NCBI GenBank assembly: GCA_033442325.1
Contig: JAWQFM010000013.1
Coordinates: 334,069 to 398,068 of the forward strand
Source: Salpingoeca rosetta
Taxonomy: Eukaryota; Protista; Choanoflagellata
Reading direction: 5' to 3'
DNA: 64,000 nt
Shown here: positions 28,161 to 41,452 of the stretch, in pieces
Numbering within the stretch: the stretch's first letter is position 1
Layout: the number at the start of each line of letters is the position of its first letter
Made by a program: the position numbers and the translations under genes
The notes under the pieces: model-generated
The model's database searches: none
What the model was told of the DNA's origin: nothing
What the model saw: the letters and a program-made list of their open reading frames with translations, nothing else

Positions 28161-31100
28161 ACCAACACACACACACAAAAAAAAAAGGGGGGGTGCGTGA
28201 GCGTGGTAAAGTGGTGTGTGCTGATTACATCCATGCACACAACCACAAGCACCAGCCAACAACACAAAGTGCACTCGCATACATATCTGCGCATACACAC
28301 ACCTTGTTGTCTGAGTGGACCATGATCATGACGCCGAGGGTGCGTGTGGTCAGACCCCACGAGTTCTGGTAGGCAAAGCAGTCCTTGCTGGCCTGTTTTC
28401 AGACAGCCATATAGGCCCATTGAACAGCAATACGAGACGTGAGCATGAAAAGCCACACAGACAGCTCTGGCCAAACCGTTCAAATGCAATGATAAACGAC
28501 ATGCCCGTGCACGAACACAAAAGACAATGGAACAATCCTTTTCATTCATAACACGCCATAGCAATCCCTTTCAGTCAAACACGGATGGCACAACGCACGT
28601 CCTGCGGGTCCTGGTACTTGATCTCAAACATCTTTGAGAAGTTCTGGCCGAGGTGGTGGGACGTTGCACCCTGGATACCGCGGCCCGTCTGAGGAATAAA
28701 GCCCTCGACGGTCGTCGTGTACACACCGCCAGCAAACTTCTCCTGTTGCAACAAAGGACACACACACGCACACACGCACACACGCACACACGCACACACG
28801 CACACACGCACACACGCACACACGCACACACGCACACACGCACACACGCACACACGCACACACGCACACACGCACACACGCACACACGCACACACGCACA
28901 CACGCACACACGCGCATGTGCCAGATCGGCCGTGCAAGTTGTGATGAGAGGGAGTGGGAACAGGTGGCAACAAAGGTGAGGGTTGAGACAGAGCCGCGAA
29001 GCGACACCACCAGTAAGGCATTGCCAGCGAACAAGAACACTTGAGCCACATGGCGTGGTGCAGCGTGCAATGGTGCAACGGCAGTGTGCTGGTGCACCTT
29101 CTCGGTCTTTCTGCCGGGGATGACGGGGATGGCGAGAAGATCCTCATAGATGGCGCGGTAGAGATCAAGAATCTCGTACACCTCAGCCTCAGCATCAGCC
29201 TGTGTGCACAGATGAAAATGTTAGGGGGTGAACACGCGTTCAGAAACAGCGGAGACAAGGGGACGAAGAAAGGTACAATGGCGGTTGGCGTAGAGCAACG
29301 TCGCAGGGATCAAATAACCTGGTTGGCGTATGCGGTGTGACCCTCCTGCCAGAGGAACTCGCGAGTGCGGAGGAAGGGCGTGGCCTGCTTGAACTCCCAG
29401 CGGACAACGTTGGACCACTGGTTCATCCTGATGGGGAGATCGCGGTGGGACTGCACCTTCTTGGCGTAATAGGGATACATGATCGTCTCCGAGGTTGGGC
29501 GGATGGCAATTGGCTTCTCCATCGGGGACTGCCATGTGTGTGAGAGAGTGTGTGTGTGCGTGTGTGTGTGTGTATGTATGTGTGTGTGTGCGTGTGTGGT
29601 GAGAAAGGGGGAGGGCAAGGGCACCGACCGATGTGGCATCAAACGCACGCGTGCAAAAACGAAGGCACGCACTAATCATCATGAGCATCATGTCATCGTG
29701 AGAGAGCAAGGAAACAAACTGTTGAGCAACTTACATCACCGGCATGGGTCACCCAGGCGACCTCGGGGGCAAAGTCAGCAATGTGATCCTATACACCATA
29801 GCAAGCACGGTTGCGAAAAAAACAAAGCAAGGGCCAGGAAGCGAAACAATGATGATAATGATGAGGAATTCCCGTTGTGGGTGCGTGCAGAACAATACGT
29901 GCACACGCACACGCACACGCACATGTGCACAACACAACACGCACACGAACACGAACACAACACAACACACACGCGCACACGTTACACACGCACACACGTT
30001 GCAAACACATACACGTTACAGACACACGAGCGCACACACGCAAACAACAACACAACGCAGGGCATCCTGCATGGGTCATACGCACACCTTTTCCTTCTGC
30101 AGGCGGTCCATGGTGACAAACATGGGGAAGTAGCAGTTGGAGACGCCGAGGCGGCGCAGGTGGCCGTTGAAAAACTCCTGGATCTGCTCCCACATGAAGT
30201 AGGCCCATGGCAGCAGCACAAAGCAGCCAGAGACCTACGGCACGGCACACATCATATTTGGGACACGTGTGTGGGTGATGAGAATGAGAAACGTGGCCGT
30301 GGCCATTGAAAGAGGGACAAAGCTGATATGGGTCAGCCATACCACGTTCCAACACACACACACGCACGCACACGCACACGCAAAACCATCCAAACAGGCG
30401 GGCACAACCGAAACAGACAAGAGACACATGCCCCTGCACGTTACGGCAGACACCCAGACACACAGACACACAGTCACACATGCAGCTACACACAGACAGA
30501 CAGCGGGGCCGTTTGACCACGAGATGTACACGCACGTCGTAGTACTCGATGAGCTCAGACTTGGTGAGGACCTGCGAGTACCATTCGGGGAAGTCCTCCT
30601 CCTTCTTCGCCTCAATGCCGAGACGCGTCTGCCCCTTGGCCGGCACTAGTTGAGTGAAAACAGCACCGTTCGAAAAAAAAAAAGGCGCAAACAGGCGTTG
30701 TGAGTTACGAATTGCCGGCGGGGCGGTGAGCCAAGAAGTGTGCGTCAGGCATCTAAATGTGCCTGACAGATAGATGCCACACTAGTGTGCATATCATCAA
30801 CAACCGACGGCCACAGTATGGCAGGGGCGCAGCGTTGGCGGCAATGGCCCTTTGTTGAAACAACGCGAGAGCAATGCAGGTAGGCAGGCAAAAAAAAAAA
30901 CAATCAACCATCGTGCGCTCACCGTTGTCGGTCTTCTTCTCCTTCTTCTTCTGCTCCTTCTTCTTTTGCTCCTTGGGCACGCTGCCACCCTCCTTCTTCT
31001 GCTTCTTCTTGTCCTTCTTGCTCGACGAGCGACCCGCGGCTGGCGGGTCCTCCCCCGTCAGCGCCTTGTACGCCGCCTACAGCCACGGAACGGTGGTTGA

Positions 31101-31919
31101 TGGTGGTGGTCGATGGTGGTTGATGGTAGGTGATGGTGCGGACACACAACGACAGTGCGTGGTTGTGCATGAACAGATGTTGTGTTGAATATGTCTTGTG
31201 AAGAGAACCGGTGGGCGGGCACAGAGACGTATGGGAGAAGCAGCTTTGTCACATCAACATGTTGTGGGTGCTGTGGAGGAAGCATGCCAGCACGGCACAC
31301 GACCAATCCAGGTCAGGCACGCGGCCACACACCTTGAGCTCCAGCAGCTTGTCGAGTGCGGGCTTGAAGTCCTCCTTCTTTGCCTTCAGATCGCGCACAA
31401 CGCCTCCGGCAGCAGTAATCTGCTCAAGCAGGGCTGCAGCTGCACACATGTGCACAGGCGCCAACATGCAGCAGGTGATGAGGGTGGTGATGAGCAACAC
31501 GGGGAATCGAGTGTGGAGAGTCGCTGTGTATGCATGTAATTATTTTGGTGGGTAGGTGGGTGGGTGTGAACGCAATCAGGCGGCATTGTACCTTCGCCCG
31601 AGGGGGCAGTGGCAGCGGCGGGTGCAGCCTCCTCCTTCTCAGGATGCTTCACCTCCTCCTTCTTCACCTCCTTCTTCTTCTCCTGCTTGTCCTGCTTCTT
31701 GTCCTTCTTGCTCTTCTTGTCCTTCTTCGAGCTGCCCTTCTTGCCAGACGCTGGTGGCTCCTCGCCCGTCAGCTCCTTGTACTGCTTCTTCAGGTCAAGC
31801 AGCATCGCAACAGCAGCCTTCACCTCCGCAGCGTCCGCCTTGGCCTCCTTCAGCGCGCGCACCTTGCCGCCCTGCTCCGTCACCTGCGCAAGCAGTGCCG
31901 CTGTCCAGAAGAGGTCAGG

Positions 31920-31965
<46 letters not shown>

Positions 31966-34900
31966 CGTGTGTGTGTGTGTGTGTGTGTGTGTTGCAAGAT
32001 AGCGAACAGGGAGGGGAGAGAGAACACGTGAGCACCACATGGGCAGAGAGCCACAGGCGAGAGGGGCAAAGAGATGACAAACATTTGGGGAACGCAAGAC
32101 ATAACAAAAGCAGAACGAAGAAGCATGTGAGTGCACACAAGCAGCTTGGCCCAGAACATCGCACCTGCAGCGCTGTCGCCAGCGGCGGGGGCAGCGGCCT
32201 CAGGCTTGGCGGCCGCAGTGGTAGTGGCAGCGGCGGGAGCAGGTGTGGATGCCTTCTCCTCGCCCTCAACTTGCTGTCAAGCATTGGAATCGATATGGTC
32301 ATGGAAATGGGGGGGGGGGCGCACAAGACAACACACCACGAGGTATTCGCAAGTGTACGTGTGTGTGTGGGTGGGTGTGTTCGTGTGTGTGTGACAGTAT
32401 GTGTGTGAGGGAATGTTCAGTGTGAGATGTTGCGTGGGTTGGAAATTGTATTGTTGGCTTGCTTGATTGTTGTTTTGCCATTCGCGATTGAATGGGAGCG
32501 TGTGTGCTACATGCGAGCGTGCGCAAAGCAACGCGTGCGCTTGATACATAAACATGATGCAGCAACGCACCATGCTGTTGATCTGGTCCTGCAGCTGCTT
32601 CAGGAGCGCCTCGGCTGCGCGAATGTCCGCCTTCTCAGCCTTCTTCTTCCGCATGTCCACAATCTTCGCCTTCTGCTGCTTCACCTGCAGCTCAACCTCA
32701 GCATACTTCTCCGCTGCGCGTCGGTGACAATGAATTTTGCAGCATTGCGTGTGTGTGTGTGTGTACACGCGAGTGGGTGGGTGTGAGGTGAGTAAATTTG
32801 TGGTGGCTGCAGCTCGAGGGCAGCGACACATCATCACGGATTTGCGCACACATGCACAACACAACAGACGCACAACATCACACAAAACACGTCCACAAAA
32901 CAACACACACATATACGCAAGCGTAGCACGCAACACCGAACAACGTGCTCAGAAACAAACAGAAAAAGGACAGGTGGTGGCGCACCGGAGACGGTGATCT
33001 GGGCCTGGTTGTCCTTGTGAGCAATAAAGGTCTTATCGTGGCCATCGGGGATGTAGATGAGGTGGATTGGGCGCTGCAGCAGTGGGTGGTACTCCTGTTG
33101 CCATCACAAACACACACGCACACACGCACGCAGAGCATGGGCATTGCAGGGAAACGGGGATAAGCTGGTGCACAAGATCCGAGACACTGATAAACATGCT
33201 GATAGAGACACAGTTGCACAATGCCCAAGCAACCCAGCACCTACACAAAACATTCAAAAATAAGCACACATCATAAACAGGTGCCACGCACGCACAGGTG
33301 ACACGCACGCACAAACAATGAACAAACACAACCACAAACACAACACGAAGCACGCGTGCCTGGTCGCAGATGAAAAAGCCCTTGCGGTTGAGCTGGATGA
33401 TGTCACCGCGCTTGATGTTGGCCAGCGCCGAGGACCCGACGAGCGAAATGTCAAACCTGCACGGACACATGTTTGAAGTGGAGTGAGAACCAAGCACCGG
33501 CAGCACATGTTACCGTGACCTGTGTGTGTGTGTGCGTGCGCCTGAGGCGAAAGGAGAGGGGCGAAGCAAGCTCCTTTCCGCAGCGCAGCACAGCAACGCG
33601 CGCAGCCACACGCAGTTCATTCTCGAGGTGCATGCATGCATGCGTGTGTGCTGGGGTTTGCGTGCGTGCGTACTTTGACTTCTCGCGGAGGTAGGGCTCG
33701 ATGGGCTCGCCCTTGGGGATGTATGGCACCGTCGTCAGCGGCAGGTACTCGTACGCCTGACAAATGATGGTGGTGGTGGTGGTGGTGGTGGTGGATGAGT
33801 GGGAGGGGAGGTTAAAGGATGCATACAGTGGGCACAAACCAGTGCAACGTGGGAGACGGATCAGACCCCTTCACACAGCCACCACTGACCAGCACTAGCG
33901 GTACAAACAGCACACTCAGTCACAATCGGTCACAAACAAAACAAACAAACAAACAAACAAACAAACGACCGTAGACAACAGGTGTGGGGGGGGGGACTTA
34001 CGGTGACGGGAACGGGCTCGTCAATGTCTGCAGCGGGCAGCCAAGTGAGCTTGAGAGTGCTGGAAAAGTCCTTGTCGTTCTCATCAATCTCCACGTCGAG
34101 CGCAGTCACAATCTGATAGGGCGAAAACGCCACGCCACCACAAACACAGAAGGGGAGAGCAGTGAAAGAAGGGGGAGGGGGTGAGGACGAGCGACGCATT
34201 GGATGATGACGGGGGGGGGACAGGAGGAGGGGTGATCGTGTGTGCTAGACCGTAAGTGCGTGTTACCCTTGCATCAAGTCAACCGCAAAGCCGCACTTCT
34301 GGTTGCTACACCACAACACGCTCAACGGCTCCCGACAGTGCCCATGAGACGAGGGCTGCAGAGGCACCAGACAAGCAGGGAAACAAACTGCACGTGCAGG
34401 CCGACTCACGGGTCCGTTTGTCTCCATGTTGCGCACGTGCGCGTTGGCCCAGTCCATGAAGGTGACCTTGTCACCAACGCTGATGGACTGCGCATCCTCC
34501 TGCTCAATCTGGATCGTCTGAGCGAGCACCACGCGCTTGGTGCCCACGGCCGGGTTCTTTGGGTGCAGCGGCACTGTGCGCTCCTGCGTGCCCTTGATGT
34601 TGGTCACCCGCACCGTCACCAGGTTGCGGCCGTCCAGCGCGGTGTGCCGCGGCGCAGTCGGGTCAATCACCTGCATTGGTGTGTGTGGGGGGATGGGGGT
34701 GCGCGTGTGTGTGTGTGNNNNNNNNNNNNNNNNNNNNNNNNNNNNNNNNNNNNNNNNNNNNNNNNNNNNNNNNNNNNNNNNNNNNNNNNNNNNNNNNNNN
34801 NNNNNNNNNNNNNNNNNCCAGCATATGATCTCACTTGTTCCCCCAACCCTGATTTTACGAATACCCGCCCGCTCAATCTATTCATCCATCGAGTGCCTGC

Positions 34901-35128
34901 GCTAGCATCTTAGCCCCTTTGCTCTTTCTTCAGCGCCGGCGGCCGCTCTCTCGTGCCAAAATCTGCATCGGCAGTGCCGGCGGCGGGTGGGGTCCGTGTT
35001 GCTGTGTCTTCCCGCGGGGCGGTCGGGGGGTGCGCTGTGTGTTGGTGTGTGCGGGGGGATGGGGGTGCGCGCGCGTGTGTGTGTGTGTGTGTGTATGTGT
35101 GTGTGTGTGTATGTGTGTGTGTGTGTGC

Positions 35129-35177
<49 letters not shown>

Positions 35178-35464
35178 ATGGAGACAACAGCAGTAAGAGA
35201 TGTGCAAGCAGCATCAACGGGCCGAGATAAAAATGCACTCGTGTATTTCAAAGCCAACAATTGCACATATGCGCACTCCATCTCATCATGATTCCCTTTT
35301 GCCTCAAACAAGTCGAGACGTGCAAATGGGCGCATGCCTGACCTTCTTGTTTGTGGCCCAGATCTTGTCCCACTCCATCTGCGAGTTGCTGCGCGAGGAG
35401 CCCATGGCCAGGATGAACGTCCGCAGTCCCTCAACCGTCATGCCTGCAGGCAAAACCACAACGC

Positions 35465-35499
<35 letters not shown>

Positions 35500-38400
35500 C
35501 GTGAGCATGAGAATGGGGTGTCGGTGTCGGTGTCGGGTGTGTGTATGTGTGTATGTGTGTGTGAGAGAGAGAGGGGGGTAGAATGTGTTGCAGTCATCAA
35601 AAGAGGAAAGCGTGTGCGAAAATGGCACAACGATGATGTTGGCAGTGGGAATGTAAAGCGTGCAGTGCGCGGCACCCGCCACGATGGGCTGTGCCGAGAA
35701 GTATAAACGCACCACGACGAAGCATGCCGCGAACGGTGGGGAAGCGTGGGTCAGACCAGCCATCAACCAGCCCTGCCTCGACAAACCTAACAAGCGCAGC
35801 ACGCAAACACGCACGCACGCACGCACACGAACAAACATCAGGATGTCCGTGAATAACAAGCGAATACTAAACAAAACATGGGGGGACAATGTCAAAGGGG
35901 TCCAGCTTTACATACAAACATGTGCCAACGCCTTGCTTGCAGGCAAGCTGCACCAGGCAACCCCGAGTACAAAGCAAGCCACTGGTGGGGTTCGGCATTA
36001 CTTTGTGAGCTGGCGCTTGGACATGACGGTGTAGACCATGTTGAGGCGAGAAAAGTCCTTGATCATCGGCTCACGGATGCGCAGGGCCTTGCAGATCCAC
36101 GCGTACTGCACACAGCAACACATGGAAACAAGTTGGCGTGGGCACGCGCAACAAGCATGAACAGGGAAAGAGAGGCAAGGGAAAAAAGAGACACAGAGAA
36201 AGGGGTATGTGAATGGACAGCAGCAACAATGTCACATGCACGCAGGAGCGCGCGCACAGGCAAGTGCAGATCCAAAGCAAGTGCAGACCCACACAGAGGC
36301 AGCCACACCAGCAGCCACTGCAGCCACGCGTATTGCAGCAAAAACACAACAGCCTCTCGACTCATCACCCAAGCGCAAGAGGCCGCAGGTGCCAGTGTTG
36401 TTGCTTGCGCACCTGCTTGTCGCGATCATGGTACTCTGTTGTTCGGAGCGCGTGCGTGACGCCCTCAATGCTGTCGACAATCGGGCAGGCAAAGTCGTAC
36501 GTGGGGTACACCTTGTACTTGTCGCCGGTCCTGTATACAGTGCGCAACATGTTGTGGTAGTGGTGGTTGTCGTCGTCGTCGTCGTCGTGGTGGGGGCGGC
36601 AGTGGCGACAGTGACAGTGACGGTGGACAAACGTCAATGGGAGAGCGAGATGGCATAACGGTGGGCACTAATGAACACGGAAGCAAACCCCCCCCCCTTC
36701 CCCCAGCCGATCCCCTAACCAACACACACGCGAACAACACACACACGCGCACAACACACACACACACATTTCGCGACGAGCGCATGGTGGAGTGTGCTGA
36801 CCTGACGTGTGGCTCTGGCTTGCAGCGGTAGAGGGTGGGGTCGCGCATGGCGCCGTTTGTGCTCTTGTAGTCAATCTTGGCGCGGACAAAGCACTTGACG
36901 CCCACGTCCGAACCCTTCTTCATCTCCTCCCACAGGCGCATGTTCTCCTCCACAGACTGTTCGCGGTATGGGGAGGGCTTGCACGCCAGGCGCTGCTCCT
37001 TGAGCTCCTCGGCGGTGGTCTGGTCGACATACGCCAGGCCTTCCTTCAGCATCTGCTCCATGTACGCCAGCATGGTGTCAAAGTGGTCCGACGTGTGGCT
37101 AAACGCGTCGTACGTGATTCCCAGCAGCTTCAGGTCCTCAAGAATCACCTGTGCATGGACAAATGGCGGTGCAATGTGGTGGTGGAAATGAAGACGCGGA
37201 CGGTTGGATGAGAATGTTGGGGTTATGACGTGAATTGTGATGATGATGTTGAGGGAGGGTGTTGTGGTGACAAAGTGTGCAAGAGGGAATAAATGGCGCA
37301 GCGACAAAGGCGGGGTGGGCACTTGGGCATGTGAGCGCAAGCCACAGAGAATCTGCTTGAAGTGTTGTGCAACAGCACACGCGACAACATAACAGGGCCG
37401 TGTGTTGGCGTGTTGTTGGGAGCGAGCCTCACCTTCTCAAACTCGGCGTTCTCCTTGGCCGGGTTGGTGTCATCAAACCGCATGAGGAGCTTGCCCTTGT
37501 GCGACGTGGCAAAGTGCTGCACACGCACACACACACACACATGTGCCACGACAGGAGATGCGAGAGGAGGTGATAAGAAGAAGGAGAAGAGGGGTAAACG
37601 AGTGAGCGTGGAATACTACACTGATAAACTGAATGACATCATTTCAGCGTATGAGACAATCAACGTGTTGTGCTGGTGGGCGATCAGTGGGATTTTGCGT
37701 TGCATATGTGTGCGCGCTGTGTGTGTGTGTGTTGTTGTTGCTGTTGTTGTTGTTGTTGCTGTTGTTGTTGTTGGTGCTGTTGCTGTTGCTGTTGCTGGGA
37801 CCGCGTTGCTGACCTTGTTAAGCATGGCTGCCTTTGCGTGGCCAATGTGGAGGAAGCCGCTGGCCTCTGGCGGGAAGCGGGTGACAACCTCGCCCTCCTT
37901 GGCGCCATCAAGCTCAAAGAACTTGCCTGTGTGTGTGTGTGTGGGGGGGGGTGCGGGGGGTGGGGGTGTTGAGGATCCAAAAAAAAAAAAAACATGACGA
38001 TGGTTGAGTGCATGCACGCACGAACACGATGGTTGAGTGCATGCACGCACGAACACGCAAAGGCAAGATTACAATCGTCACAGTAGCGATGCAATTTGGC
38101 ATCAATGTCTCATGCACATTGTGCCTGTGTGCATACCTTGGTCCTTTGCCTTGGTGCGCTGCTGCGGCTTTGCCTTTGCGGGCATGGCAGCGAGAGCAGC
38201 GGCAATGACGGGGTGTGCCTCGCAGGTGGCGTACCAGCGAGCGATGCAGCTGTCAACGCCCTGGGGAACACCGCCACGCTCTAAAGGGGGACGGACGAGG
38301 TGGAGGACGAGGTGGAGTGGGGGGGGGGGTTGTGCAAAGTTGGTTGTGAGTGGGAGTGAGTGGGAGTGAGTGGGAGTGAGGGGTGTCACATGTGTCACTA

Positions 38401-39662
38401 CAGCTTTGTGAGTGCGACAACCACAGTTGGTGGCGAGGCATGGTTGGACGATGTTCGATACAATGCAGACGTACCGCGAAGCGCGGCAAAGAGCGCAACG
38501 TCGGCCATGGACGGCTCCTGCTCGTTGCCGAGAAGCCACGTGCGGCGCTGTGGTGTGCGCGTGCATGCGTGAGTGCGGATGCGGGTGGTGCGTCGACAGT
38601 GGGTGTGAAAGGATGCATGTGAGCACGAAATGGGTGTGGAGCACGTCACGCGTACAGACATTGAACCAAAGCATGATGTGCATGAGAAGAGGAGGGTGAT
38701 CCGATCATGTACGCATGCGTGATGGCATGAGGCATGCAAGAGCCCTGCCATAAAACCCACACACCACATACGCTCGAATTGGCGCGCACACGCACAAACG
38801 AACGCACGCAAACACACACACACGCACACGCACACGCACACGCACACGCACACGCACACGCACGAACGCGCGCAAACACACACATACACACACGCACAAA
38901 ACGCGACGTTTCACGGCACCTTGAGCTGGTTCGTCACGAGCTGGAGCGCTTCGGTGACGGCCTCCTTCGCAGCCTTGGAAGACAGGTTGTACTGGGCAAG
39001 ATCAATCCAGTGGTCAACCTCCGTGGCCTGCGTGGCGTTGGCGCCGTACATCTTGGCGACATCTGCCAGCGCACGCAGCATGCCTGGCACGCGCCCAAGT
39101 TTCACCGAGCTGAATTTGTGGGTTGGGGAGGGGGTGGTTGTTTTGGTATCATCGTATAAGTGAAGGCACCATGCCACGTGTGTGAGAAGGTCAAGGGGGT
39201 GGTAGAAGAACGAGTGGAGTGTGTGTGAGGATGAGAAAAGGGCAGAGGTGTGAGGGCAACGGGGAAAGACAGGTGCGAGAGAGCCACCGCCTTGGCATGC
39301 ATGCACGTGTGTGCTCGAGAAGAGGAGAGAAGAGGGGAAGCGAATAGACAAAGGTGCGCTTCACGCATACCACACACGCACACACCACACACACCACACA
39401 CACCACACACACCACACACACCACACACATCACACAACACGTGCAAAGGCTACCTACACACACACGACAAGCGAACACACACCACACATCACATGCAAAA
39501 GCTACCTACACACACGACAAGCGAACACACGTACCCGCACTCGACTTCGGTCTTCTTGGCATTGGCGTCAACGGTGACGCCCGGCTCCACCTTTGAGGCA
39601 AACGCAGCAGCGATGCGCACAGCAGTGCACTCGCCCTTGATGGACACAGTGATCTTCACCAT
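25973..39662 (-). CDS. EPRS1: Bifunctional glutamyl-prolyl-tRNA synthetase: GST-like N-terminus, GluRS, three WHEP-type repeats, ProRS
   Basis: GluRS: [58 protein letters not shown]: [17 protein letters not shown]...[13 protein letters not shown]. ProRS: [59 protein letters not shown]-terminal TLVGRSY*. Exons join across the linker with no intervening stop seen. Confidence 0.95.
28762..28912. repeat. (CACACACG)n intronic octamer repeat
   Basis: Direct reading; lies just upstream of an EPRS acceptor on the minus strand. Confidence 0.93.
34718..34817. other. Assembly gap (100 N) in an EPRS intron
   Basis: Run of N beside a TG repeat. Confidence 0.99.
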
Positions 39663-40019
39663 TGTTGCGTGATGGACGGATAGGTGATGAGAGCAAACAG
39701 CTGATGATGCGTCGTCGTGTTGACGAGTTGAATGGGGGAGGGGTTGCGGGAAAGTGACACAGAAGGGCTGGTGGTGGTCGACTGCACGAGTGAGTGTGTT
39801 ACGAGCAGTGGTGGAAGTTTGTGGAGTGCGGGTTTCGCAACACAGACACACGTGAATGCTGGTAACGACTGATTTCAGTTTGTTCATTACCAATTGGGCG
39901 TATCTTCCGATGAGTAAGTTGAGCAACAATTTTTATTTTGCTGGTTGTTGATGTGAGAACCCACAAGCGTGCAAACTAGTTGGAAAACTTGATAGCTTTG
40001 CTCGACTCCACTTATCGTC
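39663..40019. promoter_or_regulatory. Probable shared divergent promoter region for EPRS and U2
   Basis: EPRS ATG (39662, minus) and U2 5' end (~40020, plus) are ~360 bp apart; the spacer is partly AT-richer and lacks microsatellites. Confidence 0.5.
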
Positions 40020-40205
40020 AACGCTTCAGGGCAATTTTTGCTCGGATCAAGTGTAGTAAATGTTTAGATTAGTGTAATATCTAATCGCCACTCTTCGGAG
40101 TGGCCGATATTACTCTACTATTTGGGACTGGTGGTGCGGCGTCTGCTTGCAGCGCCCACCACAAGCATGGCCCTGGTATTGCACTACTTCCAGGAGCTGT
40201 GCACG
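40020..40205 (+). ncRNA. U2: U2 spliceosomal snRNA (divergent 5' domain)
   Basis: GATCAAGTGTAGTA with branch-recognition GTAGTA at 40053-40058. Stem IIa GATTAG/CTAATC with loop TGTAATAT and its IIc partner ATATTAC (40107-40113). Stem IIb GCCACTC-TTCG-GAGTGGC. Stem III with CUUG loop. Stem IV CCTGG-TATTGCACTACTT-CCAGG, ending GTGCAC. Length ~186 nt. Confidence 0.95.
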
Positions 40206-40342
40206 GCACACTCGCCAGCCAATCTCTCATGGTTCGCTCGGCAACTCTCAATCGAATAGAAAGAAACGTACCTCATGTTTGGTTTGATGCGGAATTGTTG
40301 TGACTGGTGCGTTCAATTTTCTCCACTGACAATCGCCAAGAG

Positions 40343-41342
<1,000 letters not shown>

Positions 41343-41413
41343 CGCCGTGTGTGTCTGTGTGTCTGTGTCTGTGTGTGTGCGTGTGTGCGTGTGTGTCTGT
41401 GTGTGTGTGTGTG

Positions 41414-41452
<39 letters not shown>

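Noticed and set aside
34818-35075. Degenerate copy of the EPRS exon at ~34455-34717, which could look like a duplicated or mutually exclusive exon
   Set aside because: It is colinear with the real exon, abuts the N gap and follows a long microsatellite, and it has no intact reading frame or acceptor. This is typical of a low-quality read tail at a contig end.
37611-37627. GAATACTACACTGATA, partly complementary to the U2 branch-recognition region and containing a D-box-like CTGA
   Set aside because: The match is short, it is antisense to the host EPRS intron, and there is no convincing C box or terminal stem; likely chance.
40087-40104. GC-rich UUCG hairpin resembling a bacterial intrinsic terminator
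   Set aside because: It is stem-loop IIb of the U2 snRNA.
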